The translations under genes were made by a program, and so were the position numbers. The notes below the pieces were generated by a model. The model worked only from the letters and a program-made list of their open reading frames with translations. It was not told where the DNA came from and ran no database searches. Shown one piece after another: positions 57,710 through 64,000 of a stretch of DNA of 64,000 bases (position 1 is its first letter; each line of letters opens with the position of its first letter). The stretch lies in the NCBI RefSeq assembly GCF_003018255.1, contig NZ_CP027440.1. The stretch is one strand, 5' to 3'. This DNA comes from Escherichia coli. GTDB taxonomy: Bacteria > Pseudomonadota > Gammaproteobacteria > Enterobacterales > Enterobacteriaceae.

Positions 57710-58795
57710 TTACTGTACGCGCGCCAGCGCCACGGCTTGTCCTAACTGCCAGACCGCCATTGCGTAATGGGTGCTGTGGTTATAACGGGTAATGGTGTAG
57801 AAGTTCGGCAGACCGTACCAGTACTGGTAGCCGGTGCCAACATCCAGACGCAGCAGGCTGGCTTGTTGATGGTTGCCCAGCGGCTGCTGTGGCGTTAAAC
57901 CTGCCGCGGCAAGCTGCGAAATGCTGTACTTGGTTTTGAAGCCATTTGGCAAGCCTGGAGCCTGACCGTTTGCCATCACCGCAACCTGATCACCTTTCAC
58001 CCAGCCGTGCGCTTTGAAATAGTTCGCCACACTACCAATGGCATCAACCGGATCCCACAGGTTGATATGCCCGTCGCCGCTGAAATCTACCGCATATTGT
58101 TTGTAAGACGACGGCATAAACTGTCCGTAGCCCATCGCCCCGGCAAAGGAACCTTTCAGATTGAGCGGATCGTCCTGCTCGTCGCGCGCCATCAGCAGGA
58201 AGGTTTCCAGCTCGCCAGAAAAATACTCCGCGCGGCGTGGGTAGTTAAATGACAGCGTTGCCAGCGCATCGAGGATGCGAGTTTTCCCCATCACGCGCCC
58301 CCAGCGGGTTTCAACGCCGATAATCCCGACGATAATTTCCGGCGGTACACCATACACCTGCCACGCGCGATTCAACGCATCTTCATACTGATTCCAGAAA
58401 ACCACACCGTTCTGCACGTTGTCCGGCGTAATAAATTTTTTGCGATAACGCAGCCATGCGCCGTTCGGACCTGATGGCGGTTTCACCGATGTGGTTGGTG
58501 CCTGGTTATCCATCAGCCGCAGTACCGAATCCAGACGTTTCGCCTGGGAGAGAATTTCCTGCAACTGCTGACGATCGAAACCGTGTTTGTTCACCATTTT
58601 GTCGATGAACTGCTGGGCATTCGGATTATTGGCGAAGTCACCGCCCATCTGCATCACATTGTGCTGCGGCTCAAGCAGGAAGCCGCCAGACGGCGTTCCG
58701 GTGGTCGTTTCAGTCTCAGTAGGTTTTGGCTTGCTGCTACAGGCGGCAAGCAACACAAAAAGGGGAAGCAATGTTACATAACGACGCTTGAACAT
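57710..58795 (-). CDS. mltB: Membrane-bound lytic murein transglycosylase B
   Basis: Track ORF extends to 58900; start at MFKRRYVTLLPLFVLLAACSS (lipoprotein signal, lipobox LAAC). Confidence 0.9.
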   Translation of the reverse strand: MFKRRYVTLLPLFVLLAACSSKPKPTETETTTGTPSGGFLLEPQHNVMQMGGDFANNPNAQQFIDKMVNKHGFDRQQLQEILSQAKRLDSVLRLMDNQAPTTSVKPPSGPNGAWLRYRKKFITPDNVQNGVVFWNQYEDALNRAWQVYGVPPEIIVGIIGVETRWGRVMGKTRILDALATLSFNYPRRAEYFSGELETFLLMARDEQDDPLNLKGSFAGAMGYGQFMPSSYKQYAVDFSGDGHINLWDPVDAIGSVANYFKAHGWVKGDQVAVMANGQAPGLPNGFKTKYSISQLAAAGLTPQQPLGNHQQASLLRLDVGTGYQYWYGLPNFYTITRYNHSTHYAMAVWQLGQAVALARVQ

Positions 58796-59032
58796 GAGGG
58801 GTCCATTTAACAGATTCAACCAGGGGCAAGTATGGTAAAGCATCACGCCCCGCACAAGGAAGCGGTAGTCACTGCCCGATACGGACTTTACATAACTCAA
58901 CTCATTCTCCTCGCTATCCTTTTATTCAAACTTTCAAATTAAAATATTTATCTTTCATTTTGCGATCAAAATAACACTTTTAAATCTTTCAATCTGATTA
59001 GATTAGGTTGCCGTTTGGTAATAAAACAATAA

Positions 59033-60570
<1,538 letters not shown>

Positions 60571-60580
60571 AGGCTGAAAC

Positions 60581-61735
<1,155 letters not shown>

Positions 61736-61741
61736 TTAACA

Positions 61742-61806
61742 GCGGAGATCCGTTAAGGATCTCCGCGAGACTAATAAAATGCCTGATGCGCTACGCTCAT
61801 CAGGCA
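61742..61806 (+). repeat. Perfect 10-bp stem hairpin followed by a REP unit in the srlD-gutM spacer
   Basis: GCGGAGATCC-gttaa-GGATCTCCGC (61742-61766), then GCCTGATGCGCTACGCTCATCAGGC REP palindrome. Confidence 0.6.
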
Positions 61807-61840
61807 TACAGGACTTCCGCCACTACATTAAGGAAAAGTT

Positions 61841-62200
61841 ATGGTATCCGCACTCATCACCGTCGCCGTTATCGCCTGGTGTGCGCAACTGGCCTTAGGC
61901 GGTTGGCAAATTTCTCGTTTTAACCGTGCCTTCGACACACTATGCCAGCAAGGGCGGGTTGGCGTGGGCCGTTCCAGCGGGCGCTTTAAACCGCGGGTCG
62001 TGGTCGCCATCGCCCTGGACGATCAGCAACGCATCGTCGACACCTTGTTTATGAAAGGACTGACCGTCTTCGCCCGACCACAAAAAATTCCCGCAATTAC
62101 CGGTATGTATGCGGGTGATTTACAGCCCGATGTGATCTTTCCCCATGATCCACTATCACAGAATGCTCTATCATTGGCGCTTAAACTGAAACGTGGATAA
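61841..62200 (+). CDS. gutM: Glucitol operon activator GutM
   Basis: 119-aa ORF. Confidence 0.9.
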   Translation: MVSALITVAVIAWCAQLALGGWQISRFNRAFDTLCQQGRVGVGRSSGRFKPRVVVAIALDDQQRIVDTLFMKGLTVFARPQKIPAITGMYAGDLQPDVIFPHDPLSQNALSLALKLKRG

Positions 62201-62266
62201 TTTCGTTGTGAATGTTACTTGCTTGCGAAGTTATCATTTTGAAACCTAAATCAGGTAATCACGCCC

Positions 62267-63040
62267 ATGAAACCTCGTCAGCGTCAGGCCGCCATTCTGG
62301 AGTATCTGCAAAAGCAGGGTAAATGCTCGGTTGAAGAATTGGCGCAATACTTTGACACCACAGGCACAACCATTCGCAAAGATCTGGTCATTCTGGAACA
62401 TGCCGGAACCGTCATTCGTACTTATGGCGGAGTGGTGTTGAATAAAGAGGAATCCGATCCGCCAATCGATCATAAAACACTCATCAACACCCACAAGAAA
62501 GAGCTGATTGCAGAAGCTGCCGTTAGTTTTATCCATGATGGCGATTCGATCATTCTTGATGCTGGCAGTACCGTTTTGCAGATGGTCCCCCTGCTCTCGC
62601 GCTTTAATAACATCACAGTGATGACCAACAGCCTGCATATCGTCAATGCGCTATCCGAACTGGATAACGAACAAACTATCCTGATGCCAGGCGGAACATT
62701 TCGTAAAAAATCGGCCTCATTTCACGGGCAACTGGCAGAGAATGCCTTCGAGCATTTCACCTTCGATAAATTGTTTATGGGCACCGACGGCATCGATCTC
62801 AATGCGGGCGTAACCACGTTCAACGAGGTTTATACCGTCAGTAAGGCAATGTGCAATGCCGCGCGCGAAGTGATTTTGATGGCGGACTCATCAAAGTTTG
62901 GCCGTAAAAGCCCCAACGTAGTTTGCAGTCTTGAAAGCGTCGATAAGCTAATTACCGACGCAGGTATCGATCCAGCGTTTCGTCAGGCGCTGGAAAAGAA
63001 AGGGATCGACGTGATCATAACCGGAGAGAGCAATGAGTGA
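62267..63040 (+). CDS. srlR: DeoR-family glucitol operon repressor
   Basis: 257-aa ORF with N-terminal HTH and DeoR C-terminal sugar-binding domain. Confidence 0.93.
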   Translation: MKPRQRQAAILEYLQKQGKCSVEELAQYFDTTGTTIRKDLVILEHAGTVIRTYGGVVLNKEESDPPIDHKTLINTHKKELIAEAAVSFIHDGDSIILDAGSTVLQMVPLLSRFNNITVMTNSLHIVNALSELDNEQTILMPGGTFRKKSASFHGQLAENAFEHFTFDKLFMGTDGIDLNAGVTTFNEVYTVSKAMCNAAREVILMADSSKFGRKSPNVVCSLESVDKLITDAGIDPAFRQALEKKGIDVIITGESNE

Positions 63041-63998
63041 AGCACTACTGAACGCGGGACGTCAGACGTTAATGCTGGAGTTGCAGGAAGCAAGCCGTTT
63101 ACCGGAACGTCTGGGCGATGATTTTGTTCGCGCCGCCAATATCATCCTGCACTGCGAAGGCAAAGTGGTGGTTTCGGGAATTGGCAAATCGGGCCACATT
63201 GGTAAGAAAATCGCCGCAACGCTTGCCAGCACCGGCACTCCTGCCTTTTTTGTCCATCCGGCAGAGGCATTGCACGGCGACCTGGGGATGATCGAAAGCC
63301 GCGATGTGATGCTGTTTATCTCTTACTCCGGTGGCGCGAAGGAACTGGATCTGATTATTCCGCGTCTGGAAGATAAATCTATCGCGCTGCTGGCGATGAC
63401 CGGCAAACCGACGTCACCGCTGGGCCTGGCGGCGAAAGCGGTGCTGGATATCTCCGTAGAACGCGAAGCCTGCCCGATGCACCTTGCGCCGACCTCCAGC
63501 ACCGTCAATACCCTGATGATGGGTGACGCGCTGGCGATGGCGGTCATGCAGGCGCGCGGATTTAATGAAGAAGATTTTGCCCGCTCCCACCCTGCTGGAG
63601 CACTGGGCGCTCGCTTGCTGAATAAAGTGCATCATCTGATGCGCCGTGACGATGCCATCCCGCAGGTGGCGTTAACCGCCAGCGTGATGGACGCGATGCT
63701 GGAACTTAGCCGCACCGGTTTAGGTCTGGTGGCAGTGTGCGATGATCAACGACTGGTGAAAGGCGTCTTTACCGACGGTGATTTACGTCGCTGGCTGGTT
63801 GGCGGCGGCGCACTCACCACGCCAGTCAATGAAGCGATGACGGTCGGCGGCACCACGTTGCAATCGCAAAGCCGTGCCATCGACGCCAAAGAAATCCTGA
63901 TGAAACGCAAAATCACCGCCGCACCGGTAGTGGATGAAAACGGCAAACTCACCGGCGCAATTAACCTGCAGGATTTCTATCAGGCCGGGATTATTTAA
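63033..63998 (+). CDS. gutQ: Arabinose-5-phosphate isomerase GutQ (SIS + tandem CBS domains)
   Basis: 321-aa ORF; SIS motif region [13 protein letters not shown]. Confidence 0.93.
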   Translation: MSEALLNAGRQTLMLELQEASRLPERLGDDFVRAANIILHCEGKVVVSGIGKSGHIGKKIAATLASTGTPAFFVHPAEALHGDLGMIESRDVMLFISYSGGAKELDLIIPRLEDKSIALLAMTGKPTSPLGLAAKAVLDISVEREACPMHLAPTSSTVNTLMMGDALAMAVMQARGFNEEDFARSHPAGALGARLLNKVHHLMRRDDAIPQVALTASVMDAMLELSRTGLGLVAVCDDQRLVKGVFTDGDLRRWLVGGGALTTPVNEAMTVGGTTLQSQSRAIDAKEILMKRKITAAPVVDENGKLTGAINLQDFYQAGII

Positions 63999-64000
63999 TC

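Overview
This window reads as an Escherichia coli chromosomal segment running from ffh (truncated at the window start) to gutQ. All identifications come from reading translations and motifs by eye and from recalled E. coli K-12 gene order; no database search or folding program was run. The backbone is ordinary core genome: ffh, ypjD, yfjD, grpE, nadK, recN, bamE, ratBA, smpB, ssrA, csiD-lhgO-gabDTP-csiR, kbp, yqaE, ygaVP, stpA, alaE, ygaC, ygaM, nrdHIEF, proVWX, ygaYZH, mprA-emrAB, luxS, micA, gshA, yqaAB, the argQ-argZ-argY-argV-serV tRNA cluster, csrA, alaS, recX, recA, pncC, mltB and srlAEBD-gutM-srlR-gutQ. Three stretches are not plain core. (1) Directly after ssrA there is no integrase or prophage; a large ypjA-like autotransporter follows immediately, then an AT-rich islet around tRNA ileY holding a resolvase remnant, one long reading frame broken by two in-frame TAG codons, and an intact GH13-like ygaQ ORF. 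(2) Between emrB and luxS, where I recall K-12 having only a short spacer, sit two translationally coupled genes: a minimal Rnl2-type RNA ligase and an HD-phosphoesterase fused to a P-loop polynucleotide kinase. This is the best candidate for an uncharacterised system, most likely an RNA end-healing and sealing (repair) module. (3) The arg tRNA cluster carries two paralogous structured elements that each begin with the last 18 nt of tRNA-Arg. No CRISPR array, IS element or intact prophage was seen.
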